From Oligoflexales bacterium (GTDB taxonomy: Bacteria; Bdellovibrionota_B; Oligoflexia; Oligoflexales; CAIYRB01), in NCBI GenBank assembly GCA_041736175.1, contig JBGSUI010000109.1:1-55260 (forward strand): a stretch of DNA of 55,260 bases, in the 5' to 3' direction. Both the position numbers and the translations under genes were made by a program. Shown here one piece after another: positions 1 to 9,238 of this stretch (position 1 is the first letter of the stretch; each line of letters starts with the position of its first letter). A model generated the notes under the pieces. The model was not told where the DNA came from and did not search any database. It saw nothing but the letters and a program-made list of their open reading frames with translations.

Positions 1-201
1 GTATTTGGAAGCCTTTCGAAGGCGTAATTCAGAAACAAACTCGAGAAAAAAGCCAGCGGAGGATCGAAGGACGCAAAATATCGATAAAGCTTCGTAAGTT
101 ACGTCAAAAATGCGGTTATTTTTGTGGAAACTTCTGATAAATGTTACTATTGTGGCATCTGTTCTAGTTAACCTAAATCGTTTAATGACTGAGGAGACCC
201 C

Positions 202-1668
202 ATGGGCACTTCAAAAAGCGGTCCATCCTACAATATGATCGTGGTCGGGGGTGGATCAGCAGGACTTGTGACAGCTTATATCGCCGCCTTTTTAAAGGCC
301 AAGGTCGCCCTCGTCGAACAGCATAAGATGGGAGGCGACTGCCTTAATACCGGCTGTGTTCCTTCTAAAGCACTGATCAAAACCGCAAAGCTGGTTCACC
401 AGATTCGCCATCACCAAAATTATGGCCTAAAGGCTGCAAGCTGCGAGGTGGATTTTGCCACTGTCATGGACCGGGTTCATAAGGTGATCGAGGAGATCGC
501 CCCCCATGACAGCATCGAGCGCTACCAGGGGCTGGGGGTGGAATGCATCACAGGGCGCGCCGAGATTTTAGATCCCCATCACATCCGCGTAGGTGATCGG
601 GTGCTCGCCACCAAAAGCCTCGTTTTGGCTCTGGGAGCTTCACCTTTGATCCCCGCACTTGGGGGCCTTGATAAAGTGGCATACCTTACCTCAGAAAATC
701 TTTGGACACTGCGGGAGCTACCCAAAAGACTTCTCGTCCTTGGAGGAGGCCCCATTGGCTGCGAGTTGGCCCAAGCGTTCCAACGTTTAGGATCCAAAGT
801 GACCCTTGTGGAGAGGGGTCCGCGGATTTTACCCCGGGAAGATCCCGATGTGTCCCAATGGGTCTATGAGCGCATGCTCAAGGAAGGGGTGCATTTTATG
901 CTAAACACTGAGGCCCAAGAGGTGTTGGGCGACTTGACCTTGCGAGTGGTAGAGAGTACTAAACAAAAAGAACAAAACTCAAAACTGATTCCCTTTGACA
1001 AAATTTTGATCGCTGTAGGCCGCAAAGCCAGATCTGAGGGAGTCAACTGGAAGGAGTTAGGCGCTGAACTCAACCCCAATGGTGCCCTCAAAGTAGACTC
1101 CTATCTTCGGGCCAACGGCAAATCCCTCTATGCCTGTGGCGATCTTATCGGCCCCTACCAACTCACCCATGCTGCGGCCCATCAAGCATGGTACTGTGCG
1201 GTCAACGGACTTATGAGTCCTTTTAAAAAATTTGCCGTCGACTACCGCGTGCTCCCCTGGGTCACCTTTACCGATCCCGAGGTCGCTAGGGTCGGACTCA
1301 GTGAAGAGGAGGCCAAGGCCCAGGGTATCCCCCATGTGGTCACCCGCTTTGGACTGGATGACCTGGACCGAGCGATTGCTGATTCCGAAAATTACGGCCA
1401 GGTAAAAATCATCACGGCAAAAGGAAAGGACCGGATTTTAGGTGCCAGTATTGTAGGATCCGGAGCTGGGGAGATGTTGCCGGAGTTGACCCTAGCCCTA
1501 AGGTGGAACCTTGGGCTTAAGTCCATCTTGCGTACCATCCACCCCTATCCCACCTGGACCGAGGCCAACAAGTTTGGGGCGAGTGCCTGGACCAAACAAC
1601 ATGGTTCTCCCTATTTGGGACCTGCACTTAAAGTCTTGGCAGCGTTTCATCGCTGGCGACGACAATAA
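202..1668 (+). CDS. Class I pyridine nucleotide-disulfide oxidoreductase (dihydrolipoamide dehydrogenase/mercuric reductase-like family)
   Basis: GGGSAG FAD-binding motif, GGDCLNTGCVPSK redox-active disulfide, GGGPIGCE NAD(P)H motif, C-terminal HPYPT; GAGGAG RBS upstream. No C-terminal Cys-Cys pair of MerA. Confidence 0.88.
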   Translation: MGTSKSGPSYNMIVVGGGSAGLVTAYIAAFLKAKVALVEQHKMGGDCLNTGCVPSKALIKTAKLVHQIRHHQNYGLKAASCEVDFATVMDRVHKVIEEIAPHDSIERYQGLGVECITGRAEILDPHHIRVGDRVLATKSLVLALGASPLIPALGGLDKVAYLTSENLWTLRELPKRLLVLGGGPIGCELAQAFQRLGSKVTLVERGPRILPREDPDVSQWVYERMLKEGVHFMLNTEAQEVLGDLTLRVVESTKQKEQNSKLIPFDKILIAVGRKARSEGVNWKELGAELNPNGALKVDSYLRANGKSLYACGDLIGPYQLTHAAAHQAWYCAVNGLMSPFKKFAVDYRVLPWVTFTDPEVARVGLSEEEAKAQGIPHVVTRFGLDDLDRAIADSENYGQVKIITAKGKDRILGASIVGSGAGEMLPELTLALRWNLGLKSILRTIHPYPTWTEANKFGASAWTKQHGSPYLGPALKVLAAFHRWRRQ

Positions 1669-1844
1669 AATTATTATTTTCTTCGGATCTATAGATTGGG
1701 GCCTGGGATTTCGCCTATGGGATTTGACTCCGCAGCTGGCAAAAATCCCACAGGAGCGGGATAAGCTTGTATTTAATAGCTCTAAATAGGACTTTTATCT
1801 CCATTTTTCGAACATAAAAAATCTTTTTAAGATACTTATAGAGA

Positions 1845-1872
1845 TTGAACTTCTCTGGCTATTTGCTATAAT
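1845..1872 (+). promoter_or_regulatory. Putative sigma70 promoter of the hipBA-like operon
   Basis: TTGAAC-N16-TATAAT with an extended -10 TG, about 60 bp before the HTH gene. Confidence 0.55.
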
Positions 1873-1882
1873 CTTCTCTAAG

Positions 1883-1901
1883 AGAGCCATTGATAGGCTC
1901 T
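1883..1901. promoter_or_regulatory. Putative antitoxin operator palindrome
   Basis: AGAGCC-N7-GGCTCT inverted repeat between the -10 box and the start codon. Confidence 0.4.
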
Positions 1902-1932
1902 TTGGCCCAAAAAAGTCTTAAATGAGCACCTT

Positions 1933-2247
1933 ATGACAAATATTTATTCGCCTCAGGAGCTGGAAATCCTTCTGGGCGATAGCATCAAGGCCCTTCGGAT
2001 CCAAAGAAATTTGGATCGTCAGACCCTCTGCGATCGCGCCGGTATTAGTTTAAATGCCCTGCGTCATTTGGAAAATGGTCAAGGTGCGACGATCAAAACT
2101 ATGGTTCGGGTTGTTCAGGCCTTAGATAAACAGGATTGGTTGTTGGGAATCGCTCCTATTGTCAGCATAAACCCGCTCCATATGGTTCGAGAAAAACAGC
2201 CGAGGCAACGAGCTCAAAGGCGGATGAAAAAAGATGAAAAAAAATAA
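1933..2247 (+). CDS. XRE-family helix-turn-helix antitoxin (HipB-like)
   Basis: LGDSIKALRIQRNLDRQTLCDRAGISLNALRHLENG is an XRE HTH; overlaps the downstream HipA start. Confidence 0.85.
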   Translation: MTNIYSPQELEILLGDSIKALRIQRNLDRQTLCDRAGISLNALRHLENGQGATIKTMVRVVQALDKQDWLLGIAPIVSINPLHMVREKQPRQRAQRRMKKDEKK

Positions 2248-3541
2248 CCAGCCCTATAAAAAAGTTGCTCTTATTAAAGTCTATATTTGGGGGGAATTCG
2301 TGGGCGCCGTTGCACTCGATCCCAAACTGGGCTTCTATGTTTTTGCTTATGATAGAAAATTTGGCAACAGCGGCATCGAATTATCTCCCATACACATGCC
2401 TATCACGAATAACGAACGACCGTATATCTTCACCGATTTGCCTGAAATCACTTACAAAGGCTTGCCGGCAATGCTGGCTGATGCTCTGCCCGATGATTTC
2501 GGAAATGCTCTTGTCGATCGGTATATGGCTGAAAAAGGAATTCCAAAGTCCGGCATTACAGCTCTTGACCGCTTGGCCTATATGGGCAAGCGATCCATGG
2601 GGGCTTTGGAATTTAAACCAATACGTGGACCTCGCGGAAAAAAACCGACAGCTCTGGAATTGAACAAATTGGTGGTTGAGGCACGAAAGGCTGTGGAGGG
2701 ATCGCTGGATGACGATGATCAGGCCTTCGCTACCTTGCACAGCATCATTGATGTCGGAACCTCGGCAGGAGGGGCGCGAGCCAAAGCCGTCATCGCCTGG
2801 AATGCCCAAACCAATGAAATCCGTTCCGGTCAACTCGATGCTCCCGAAGGATTTGAACAATGGCTTTTGAAATTTGATGGAATGGGCAAAGACCATGAAC
2901 TAGGCCCTTCCCAGGACTATGGCCGGATCGAATATGTTTACTACCAACTGGCTCGGGAAGCAGGAATCAAAATGTCCGAAAGTCGCCTGCTCACCGAAAA
3001 CGGCCGATCCCATTTCATGACCAAACGTTTTGATCGGGGCGAAAACAACAGCAAACATCACATGCAAACACTCTGCGCAATGAACCATGTCGATTACAAA
3101 AAAAAAGCCACCAACAGCTATGAACAGCTGTTCATGACGATACGACAGCTCAATTTGGGCCACGAAGCGGAAGTTGAAACCTTTCGTCGCATGGTGTTTA
3201 ATGTCATGGGCCGAAACTGCGACGATCACAGCAAAAACTTTTCCTTTCTATTGCGCAAAGGGGGAGCCTGGGAGCTGGCACCCGCCTATGACATCACCTT
3301 CGCTCACAATCCTGACGGGGAATGGACTTGCCAACACCTTATGTCTATCAATAGCAGGTATCGAAATATTTCCAAAAACGATTTACAGACCATTGCCGAC
3401 CGCTTCGGAATTGGCGAGGCACCCTCCATTATCTTATCGGTTAGAGCCGCCATCAAAAAATGGCCAGCATTGGCAAAAAAGGTCGGCGTCAATGCCAAAG
3501 AAATTGAACGAATCAGCAAAGCTCAACTCCTCCTGGAATAA
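2234..3541 (+). CDS. hipA: HipA-family serine/threonine kinase toxin
   Basis: N-terminal couple domain (LADALPDDFG), SAGGARAK P-loop, FDR, NCDDHSKNFSF catalytic loop, LAPAYD. Confidence 0.93.
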   Translation: MKKNNQPYKKVALIKVYIWGEFVGAVALDPKLGFYVFAYDRKFGNSGIELSPIHMPITNNERPYIFTDLPEITYKGLPAMLADALPDDFGNALVDRYMAEKGIPKSGITALDRLAYMGKRSMGALEFKPIRGPRGKKPTALELNKLVVEARKAVEGSLDDDDQAFATLHSIIDVGTSAGGARAKAVIAWNAQTNEIRSGQLDAPEGFEQWLLKFDGMGKDHELGPSQDYGRIEYVYYQLAREAGIKMSESRLLTENGRSHFMTKRFDRGENNSKHHMQTLCAMNHVDYKKKATNSYEQLFMTIRQLNLGHEAEVETFRRMVFNVMGRNCDDHSKNFSFLLRKGGAWELAPAYDITFAHNPDGEWTCQHLMSINSRYRNISKNDLQTIADRFGIGEAPSIILSVRAAIKKWPALAKKVGVNAKEIERISKAQLLLE

Positions 3542-3634
3542 CAATTCTAAAGCATGATCATCCCCCGCTCTCAATCTCCGATAGCTTCCACAAATTTCTT
3601 GTCGTACCTTTGAACCAAAGGGGGGTCTTCACTG

Positions 3635-4012
3635 GTGTCACTCTTAAAACTACAAAAAATGCCGGATAGCGAAGTGCAGGCTGCGCTGGACGCCTATGTC
3701 AACCAAATAACACAATTCAGCAGTCCTCTCGCAATTTACCTCTTTGGGTCCCTAGCGAGGGACGAAGCCAGCGTAGAGTCAGATATCGATCTCCTCATCA
3801 TATACCTTGATCAAGTTACGGCCAAAGCAGCTCAGCGAGAGGTGCTGTGCCAACGAGCGCCTTATCGACTTGCTGCGGATTTAGTCTTTATTGATCTCGA
3901 AACGTGGGAAGGAACAAGGCACTATAGTGCTCTCGTCAGCGTGGTAAAAGACGAAGGCAAGCTCGTCTATGCTTCGGGAGACTGGCAAGTAGAAAGGAAC
4001 TCTGAAAAATGA
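3635..4012 (+). CDS. Minimal nucleotidyltransferase (MNT/MntA-like antitoxin)
   Basis: IYLFGSLARDEASVESDIDLLII = GSx10DxD; ATGA overlap with the HEPN gene. Confidence 0.88.
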   Translation: MSLLKLQKMPDSEVQAALDAYVNQITQFSSPLAIYLFGSLARDEASVESDIDLLIIYLDQVTAKAAQREVLCQRAPYRLAADLVFIDLETWEGTRHYSALVSVVKDEGKLVYASGDWQVERNSEK

Positions 4013-4323
4013 CCCCTCCTAAAGATAGACTTTACAAAAAGGAGTACGCTTACGAGCTTTTGAGGATTGCCGAAAGCGATTTGGCTGCCTGCCAGGCCCT
4101 CTTGCAAACTCGTGCAGGCTGAGGCGAAAACTCTGCCTATTTTGCCGAGCAGGTCGTCGAAAAATGCCTCAATGCCGTTCTCTGCTACAAGTCCATCGCT
4201 TTTCCTACTATCCATGATATTCGACAACTTTTGGATTACCTACCAGCCGATTTGATTCCTCCCCATAGCCAAAATCTAAACCAACTGAGCATTTATGGTA
4301 CGGTTCGTAGGTACGAAGAGGGG
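4009..4323 (+). pseudogene. HEPN-domain protein, interrupted by an in-frame TGA at 4120-4122 and 3'-truncated
   Basis: Frame from ATG 4009 reads MTPPKDRLYKKEYAYELLRIAESDLAACQALLQTRAG*GENSAYFAEQVVEKCLNAVLCYKSIAFPTIHDIRQLLDYLP...YGTVRRYEEG, with the HEPN motifs QxxEK, HD and RY. Confidence 0.8.
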
Positions 4324-4369
4324 CCATGGCTTTCCGCAATAAGTTGGACGTGGTATCCACTAACCAGAG

Positions 4370-4385
4370 TGGTACGATCTTTGCT
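4370..4385 (+). promoter_or_regulatory. Putative sigma54 (-24/-12) promoter
   Basis: TGGTACGATCTTTGCT matches TGGCAC-N5-TTGCW, about 60 bp upstream of ATG 4444. Confidence 0.65.
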
Positions 4386-4443
4386 TATAATTTTCCTGAC
4401 GATTATTAGTTATGTTGTCGACCAACTCCTGGAGAAATTTGCA

Positions 4444-5766
4444 ATGAATCTAATTAAACACACAAAATTATTAAGCTATTTGCTGCCATTGATCGCCGTT
4501 GGATGTATCAAACCACCGATTCCGCACAGCTCTCAGAGTTCCATAATAGATCAGTGTATACAATACGTTACAAGCAGCCGGAAGCCGGTTCAGAATGAAT
4601 CCGTTGAACTGCCGCTATTTGATAATCTTGATGCCAACTGCAGGAGCGAAATCTTCGCCCGTCTACCTTTTAGTCAGCTAATAACAATTTTTAAACCGTC
4701 GGATCCGGCCCTAAAAAAAGCCGTAAAAGACCGTGTCGAGGGCTACTGGCCCCAATGGTTTTTGAATGAGATTTCCCTAGAGAATCCTCATAATTTCAGC
4801 GAACAGTTAGTTCTCCATTACCTAGCATTTCTCAAAATACCCTATTTGCTTAATTCTGATAAAAGAGATTTGGTGATGAATCCAAACTTAATGGTCTCCC
4901 TATGGGACCATCAAATGTTTATGAACCCAGTGGGAGATCACACTGTGGCTTATTTAAATAAAATGGATCAAAGTCTCTACATATATGACACACAAAGTAA
5001 AAAAGTCCTTGGAAGCAAAAAAATCCCTAATAACGGATCCTATTTCGATCCATTGTTTCCGGGCTTTTTTCAGGGAACCATTGAGAAACTATCGTCAAAC
5101 AGTTTTGTATTAAGACTGATGACAAATAAAGCTACAAGACAGCTTCCAAATGACACTGACGATATTACACTTTGGGAGTGGGACACTACAGGTAAATTAG
5201 AAAACACCAATCGATTTGAAATCGAACTCCGAAAGTCCACCTATGATTTTGCCCGCAGATTAAGCGTCCTAAGGATATCAGACAGTTCTTTTGTGAGCTT
5301 ATCATTTGACAATCCCAAACTAGAGGTGACTCTCTGGAATAGCGAACGCAAAAAGCATCTTGAAAAACACCTTGTCAATAATTCCATACCCGGAACTTCG
5401 AGAACAAAATCGGCGGTCATGACACTCCTCGCCGACCTCAAAAAAATCGGCATCGAGGTCAACAGCGATGCCCCTTTTCTTCCTCCCTACGGAATTGGGC
5501 GTCCTCTAGATAAAAAAGTAAAAATCGTTATGAGTGAAAAATCAGTGTATTTTGCATCAAATGATGAGGACCCCTTTAATCAAATGGACGCTTTAACCCT
5601 TAGTAAGGCACCAAATTTCAATGTCATTCTCAGTACCAAAAACGGCGATATCTTCTACCGGGAATCTGATAAGGTCTTGTACGTAAATATTTGGGAGATG
5701 GTTAAAAAAGTCGTCAGTCTTAACGCAAATCAATCTAAATGTCTCCCAGCTAGGACTATTAACTGA
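4444..5766 (+). CDS. Uncharacterised lipoprotein; paralogue of 15701-17053; F-box-like helical segment followed by a beta-rich region
   Basis: Start placed at ATG 4444 (GGAGA RBS, signal MNLIKHTKLLSYLLPLIAVGC); the ORF-track extension to 4231 is the HEPN remnant. Shares GYWPxWFL...YLAFxKxP and NIWxM with 15701-17053. Confidence 0.75.
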   Translation: MNLIKHTKLLSYLLPLIAVGCIKPPIPHSSQSSIIDQCIQYVTSSRKPVQNESVELPLFDNLDANCRSEIFARLPFSQLITIFKPSDPALKKAVKDRVEGYWPQWFLNEISLENPHNFSEQLVLHYLAFLKIPYLLNSDKRDLVMNPNLMVSLWDHQMFMNPVGDHTVAYLNKMDQSLYIYDTQSKKVLGSKKIPNNGSYFDPLFPGFFQGTIEKLSSNSFVLRLMTNKATRQLPNDTDDITLWEWDTTGKLENTNRFEIELRKSTYDFARRLSVLRISDSSFVSLSFDNPKLEVTLWNSERKKHLEKHLVNNSIPGTSRTKSAVMTLLADLKKIGIEVNSDAPFLPPYGIGRPLDKKVKIVMSEKSVYFASNDEDPFNQMDALTLSKAPNFNVILSTKNGDIFYRESDKVLYVNIWEMVKKVVSLNANQSKCLPARTIN

Positions 5767-5825
5767 TTTCATTCCCCAATAAGTCTCAATATCTCAAAAT
5801 CTTATCAGCGCGCCCTCCATCACCC

Positions 5826-5853
5826 TAAAGCATTGGAGTTTATCTGTCGATAA
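5826..5853 (+). promoter_or_regulatory. Putative sigma28 (FliA)-type promoter
   Basis: TAAA-N16-GTCGATAA, against consensus TAAA-N15-GCCGATAA, just upstream of the GGGAGG RBS of 5880. Confidence 0.45.
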
Positions 5854-5879
5854 AGCTATAGGAGCTAAAGGGAGGAAAT

Positions 5880-6437
5880 ATGCGCCATTTATTTAACAAA
5901 TTTTTGACTCATTCAATCTGGATTGTTCCCTTATTGGGGACGACGACGTTGTTAGCGCTCTCCTCAAGCTGCGCACTCCAAAAACCCAGGAACCTGGAAA
6001 ACCACAAATCGAGCCCCTTCGCCGGCAGCGACGAAGGCGACTTACCTAAAAGTCCGATCATGCCCCTCACAGCCCTTGACCAAAAAAACCGCTCCCTTAC
6101 TTTGGAAAGATCCTCCCGGGTGATTTTTACGGTGAGGTGGAATGGGGGCCGCCTTCCTCAAACGGAAAACCCCACTTTAAAATTCTACCGTAAGGGAGAA
6201 ACCACACCTTTTTTGACAACAACCTGGGCTGATCTGGAGTGCACCACGGGATCGCTGCTCCCAAAATCTGCCGATATGGATTCCGTGACCGTTTGCTCCA
6301 AAATATTAGGGCCACTCGCCGACATCGTCAAGATCGAAGCCTTGTCGGAAAAAGAAGGCATCGTGCGGACCGCTTCGGGTCTCGCTCCAGTCGCAATCAA
6401 TAACGATGACGCTGAGCTACTCGCTCTTTTTTATTAA
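5880..6437 (+). CDS. Uncharacterised lipoprotein
   Basis: Strong RBS; hydrophobic signal ending LSSSC; co-oriented with 6459-8201. Confidence 0.7.
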   Translation: MRHLFNKFLTHSIWIVPLLGTTTLLALSSSCALQKPRNLENHKSSPFAGSDEGDLPKSPIMPLTALDQKNRSLTLERSSRVIFTVRWNGGRLPQTENPTLKFYRKGETTPFLTTTWADLECTTGSLLPKSADMDSVTVCSKILGPLADIVKIEALSEKEGIVRTASGLAPVAINNDDAELLALFY

Positions 6438-6458
6438 CCGGGGAGAAAACACTAAATC

Positions 6459-8201
6459 ATGCAGAGAAGAACCCATAAATTAAACTTAAAGGCCATCTCA
6501 CTCGCAGGTTTACTCCCTGCAAGTTTGGTTTTTTCATGCAACCAATCATCCTTTCAAGGCAGCACTGGCTCCAAGAGGACCGCCGTCAACAAAGAGGAAA
6601 AAACCGGTCCTAGTGACGAAGAAAAAAGCGAGAAGAAAACCTCAACGGCCAAAAAATCCGCCCAAGACACCGCGACCCAGGGATCGCCAGGGCCAACCGA
6701 TATCGACCTCGGGTCCGTCAGCAAAACCTACAATAAAGACGACGCCGATGCGCCCATAAGAGTCTTTGAGCCCACGACCCAGGCATCCACCAACGTCCAA
6801 GAGCTACAGCCCCAAGCGGACAAATTTGCCTGGACAGTGACTCAGACGGGGACTGTGACACTCCATAAGATTGCCAATAAAACAGTCACCTCCCAAAAGA
6901 AATGGTTAGGAGCCACCCCCACCAATGGCGGAGGTGCCCGCACCTACGTGATCGAAGGGGGGGGATTGGTGATAGGACGAACTGGTGGTGAGATGTTTTT
7001 TATCGATCCTGCCATGGCTGAGGGGACTAATCTTAGAACCTTAGGCGAACCCTATTTTGTATCTCTTGCCACTTCAAAAGCCCTTCTCGATGCTGGAAAA
7101 CCGATTGCAACCGGAGAGCGGGTCTGTGTCGTTTCCTACCGCCGGGACGAGAAAAGGTATCTTGGATTGGGCTGGGGTGCTGGCAACTTTGCCGAAGTTC
7201 CGCAACAAGATACATCACCTTTTGCACCCCAGTGGCAAGATCTCAAGTACAAAGGGTCTGCCGGTCCTGGACTGTGGGGATACTCTTGCTTTATTGACCA
7301 AACAAAACTCATCTACTACGGACGCTATGTGGGAGACTCTAATATACAGGCCTTTGACATCAAAAATGCAGTGGCCGCGACGCCAAACCTGGTGGCGACC
7401 AATGGCCTCTTCACTTCAAATAACCTTTCTGATTTGACCATCGGACCCAAAAACTCGCTCATTGGTTCCTACGCGATCAGTGGCGACCAAAAGGGCAACG
7501 TCTATAATGGCAATATGACATACACGATGAGCCACGATCCTGTAAACAGGCTGGTTTGGCAGACTTCGAGCAACGCCCGAAGCATCACGGTGCTACCTGC
7601 TGATTGTCTCTCGACCCAGGCAGTCTGCTCTGGTCAGCAAACGTTTCCCCTCACGGGCAACATCGGTCCCATCAGTGCCTTGGGTGACGGTACTTTGGTA
7701 GGAGTCACGCGGTATGCGCCAGTCTCCTTCCTCTATCTCCTAGAGCTTGTGGACCCGAAAGATCTTTCAAAAGGCCTTAGTCCACCTATTTCCTTGGCAC
7801 AACTCGACGGCGACCCTTATATGTACACCGATTATACGGGTGCGACCCTTTACCTCACCCTGTCTGAGCAGACAATCTCCCTTACGAAAGGAGGCTATAA
7901 ACCAGAGCTGCCGCTAAAATCCATAGGGTTTACTTGGGCAACCAAAGATGGAAACCCAGCTCCATGGCTTGATATTAGTCTAGGGGCTCGTTGCTACCTA
8001 AGCACTGATCCTAAAGACAAACCGGATTACGAGATTGTCCCTGGACCCATCGCTCCGGCCACTCAACAGACTCTTTTCGCGACAGCAACCTGCGGAGCTG
8101 GTGCAAAAAACATCGATACAATCGATATCCGTCTGCTCCAGCTGAAGGGCGCCACTAGCCTGATGAATGTGCGCAAAATCCAAATCACTGGCTATCAATA
8201 A
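6459..8201 (+). CDS. Uncharacterised secreted lipoprotein with a charged linker and beta-rich body
   Basis: Signal ending LVFSC, low-complexity K/E/S/T linker, 580 aa Gly/Thr/aromatic-rich ORF. Confidence 0.72.
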   Translation: MQRRTHKLNLKAISLAGLLPASLVFSCNQSSFQGSTGSKRTAVNKEEKTGPSDEEKSEKKTSTAKKSAQDTATQGSPGPTDIDLGSVSKTYNKDDADAPIRVFEPTTQASTNVQELQPQADKFAWTVTQTGTVTLHKIANKTVTSQKKWLGATPTNGGGARTYVIEGGGLVIGRTGGEMFFIDPAMAEGTNLRTLGEPYFVSLATSKALLDAGKPIATGERVCVVSYRRDEKRYLGLGWGAGNFAEVPQQDTSPFAPQWQDLKYKGSAGPGLWGYSCFIDQTKLIYYGRYVGDSNIQAFDIKNAVAATPNLVATNGLFTSNNLSDLTIGPKNSLIGSYAISGDQKGNVYNGNMTYTMSHDPVNRLVWQTSSNARSITVLPADCLSTQAVCSGQQTFPLTGNIGPISALGDGTLVGVTRYAPVSFLYLLELVDPKDLSKGLSPPISLAQLDGDPYMYTDYTGATLYLTLSEQTISLTKGGYKPELPLKSIGFTWATKDGNPAPWLDISLGARCYLSTDPKDKPDYEIVPGPIAPATQQTLFATATCGAGAKNIDTIDIRLLQLKGATSLMNVRKIQITGYQ

Positions 8202-8205
8202 CCTG

Positions 8206-9225
8206 TCAGTTTTCAGGATTTGCTAATTGGTAGGCCAAAACCCCAGCTCCTTTAAGAGCCGAATGGGGATCTTTGATCACGCGAATGGGCATCTTTTCGA
8301 GAAGCGGTCTAAACCGGCCTTTTTGGACAAATCGATTTACGAAATCACCCCTACGAATCCATGGGAGGATATGGTGGACGATAGAGCCTCCCAGGTAAAC
8401 ACCGCCTAACGACATGGCTTTAAGGGCTAGATTCCCAGCCTCAGCTCCGTAGAGCCCTACAAACCACTCCACCACTTTTGTGGCATAGGCTACCCCCTGA
8501 TGAGCCTTCTGGGTGAGGGCTGGACCAATGGCTGGACCCAGGCTAAAGAGTTCGTCTGCGTCTGCCTGGGTCACTTTGATCCTCTGGGTTTGGTAGAGAA
8601 AAGCAAAAATATCTCTAAATCCATCGATTCCTGAAACAACTCTTTCCCAGCTCACATGCTCATAGCGTTGCAGCATAAACCGCAATAAGTCTAATTCGTC
8701 GAGGTTTCCAGGCGCAAAACTAGTATGCCCCCCTTCTGAGGGGCTCGGTCGGTGCTGGGTGCCATCCCAAAAGAGGATCGCTTCTCCCAGCCCAGTCCCG
8801 GCAGCGACCATCGCCCGGTTACCCGCTTGGATGACACCCTGTTGGATGATTTCAAAATCATCGTCGCCCATCGCGCTGATGCCCCAGCCATGGGCTTCAA
8901 GATCGTTGATCAGTATAGCGGAAATCCCTAGCCTGGACTCTATTTCATCCGCATCGAGGGTTAAACCAACATTGGTTAAGTGCACTTGACGCCCGGTTAC
9001 AGGGCCTGCAACCCCAATCACCGCCATTTGGGGCTTGCGACCCCGCAGATACTGCTCTAGGAGCGCGCTAAAGGATTCGATCCCCTCGGTCGGAAAACGC
9101 TGGACGTCTTCCAAATTGACCTGGTAGCGGCCCAGGGCAGTGGTTTCAACCTCAGGTGTAGCCCCGACCATACGGGCCAGGGCGAGCTCGAGTTTCGTGC
9201 CTCCAATATCCGCTACAAGATACAC
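8206..9225 (-). CDS. glk: Glucokinase
   Basis: LVADIGGTK, GVAGPV, LINDLEA, GTGLG, SEGGH, VSWERVVSG. GTG at 9225 chosen because GAGGAG precedes it; the ORF extends to 9246. Confidence 0.92.
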   Translation of the reverse strand: MYLVADIGGTKLELALARMVGATPEVETTALGRYQVNLEDVQRFPTEGIESFSALLEQYLRGRKPQMAVIGVAGPVTGRQVHLTNVGLTLDADEIESRLGISAILINDLEAHGWGISAMGDDDFEIIQQGVIQAGNRAMVAAGTGLGEAILFWDGTQHRPSPSEGGHTSFAPGNLDELDLLRFMLQRYEHVSWERVVSGIDGFRDIFAFLYQTQRIKVTQADADELFSLGPAIGPALTQKAHQGVAYATKVVEWFVGLYGAEAGNLALKAMSLGGVYLGGSIVHHILPWIRRGDFVNRFVQKGRFRPLLEKMPIRVIKDPHSALKGAGVLAYQLANPEN

Positions 9226-9238
9226 ACGATCTCCTCTC

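Noticed and set aside
202..1668. Mercuric reductase MerA
   Set aside because: No C-terminal Cys-Cys, no N-terminal metal-binding domain and no mer genes nearby.
4120..4122. Selenocysteine or recoded TGA in the HEPN gene
   Set aside because: The position is not a Cys-type catalytic site, many genes here end in TGA and the gene is also truncated; a nonsense mutation is simpler.
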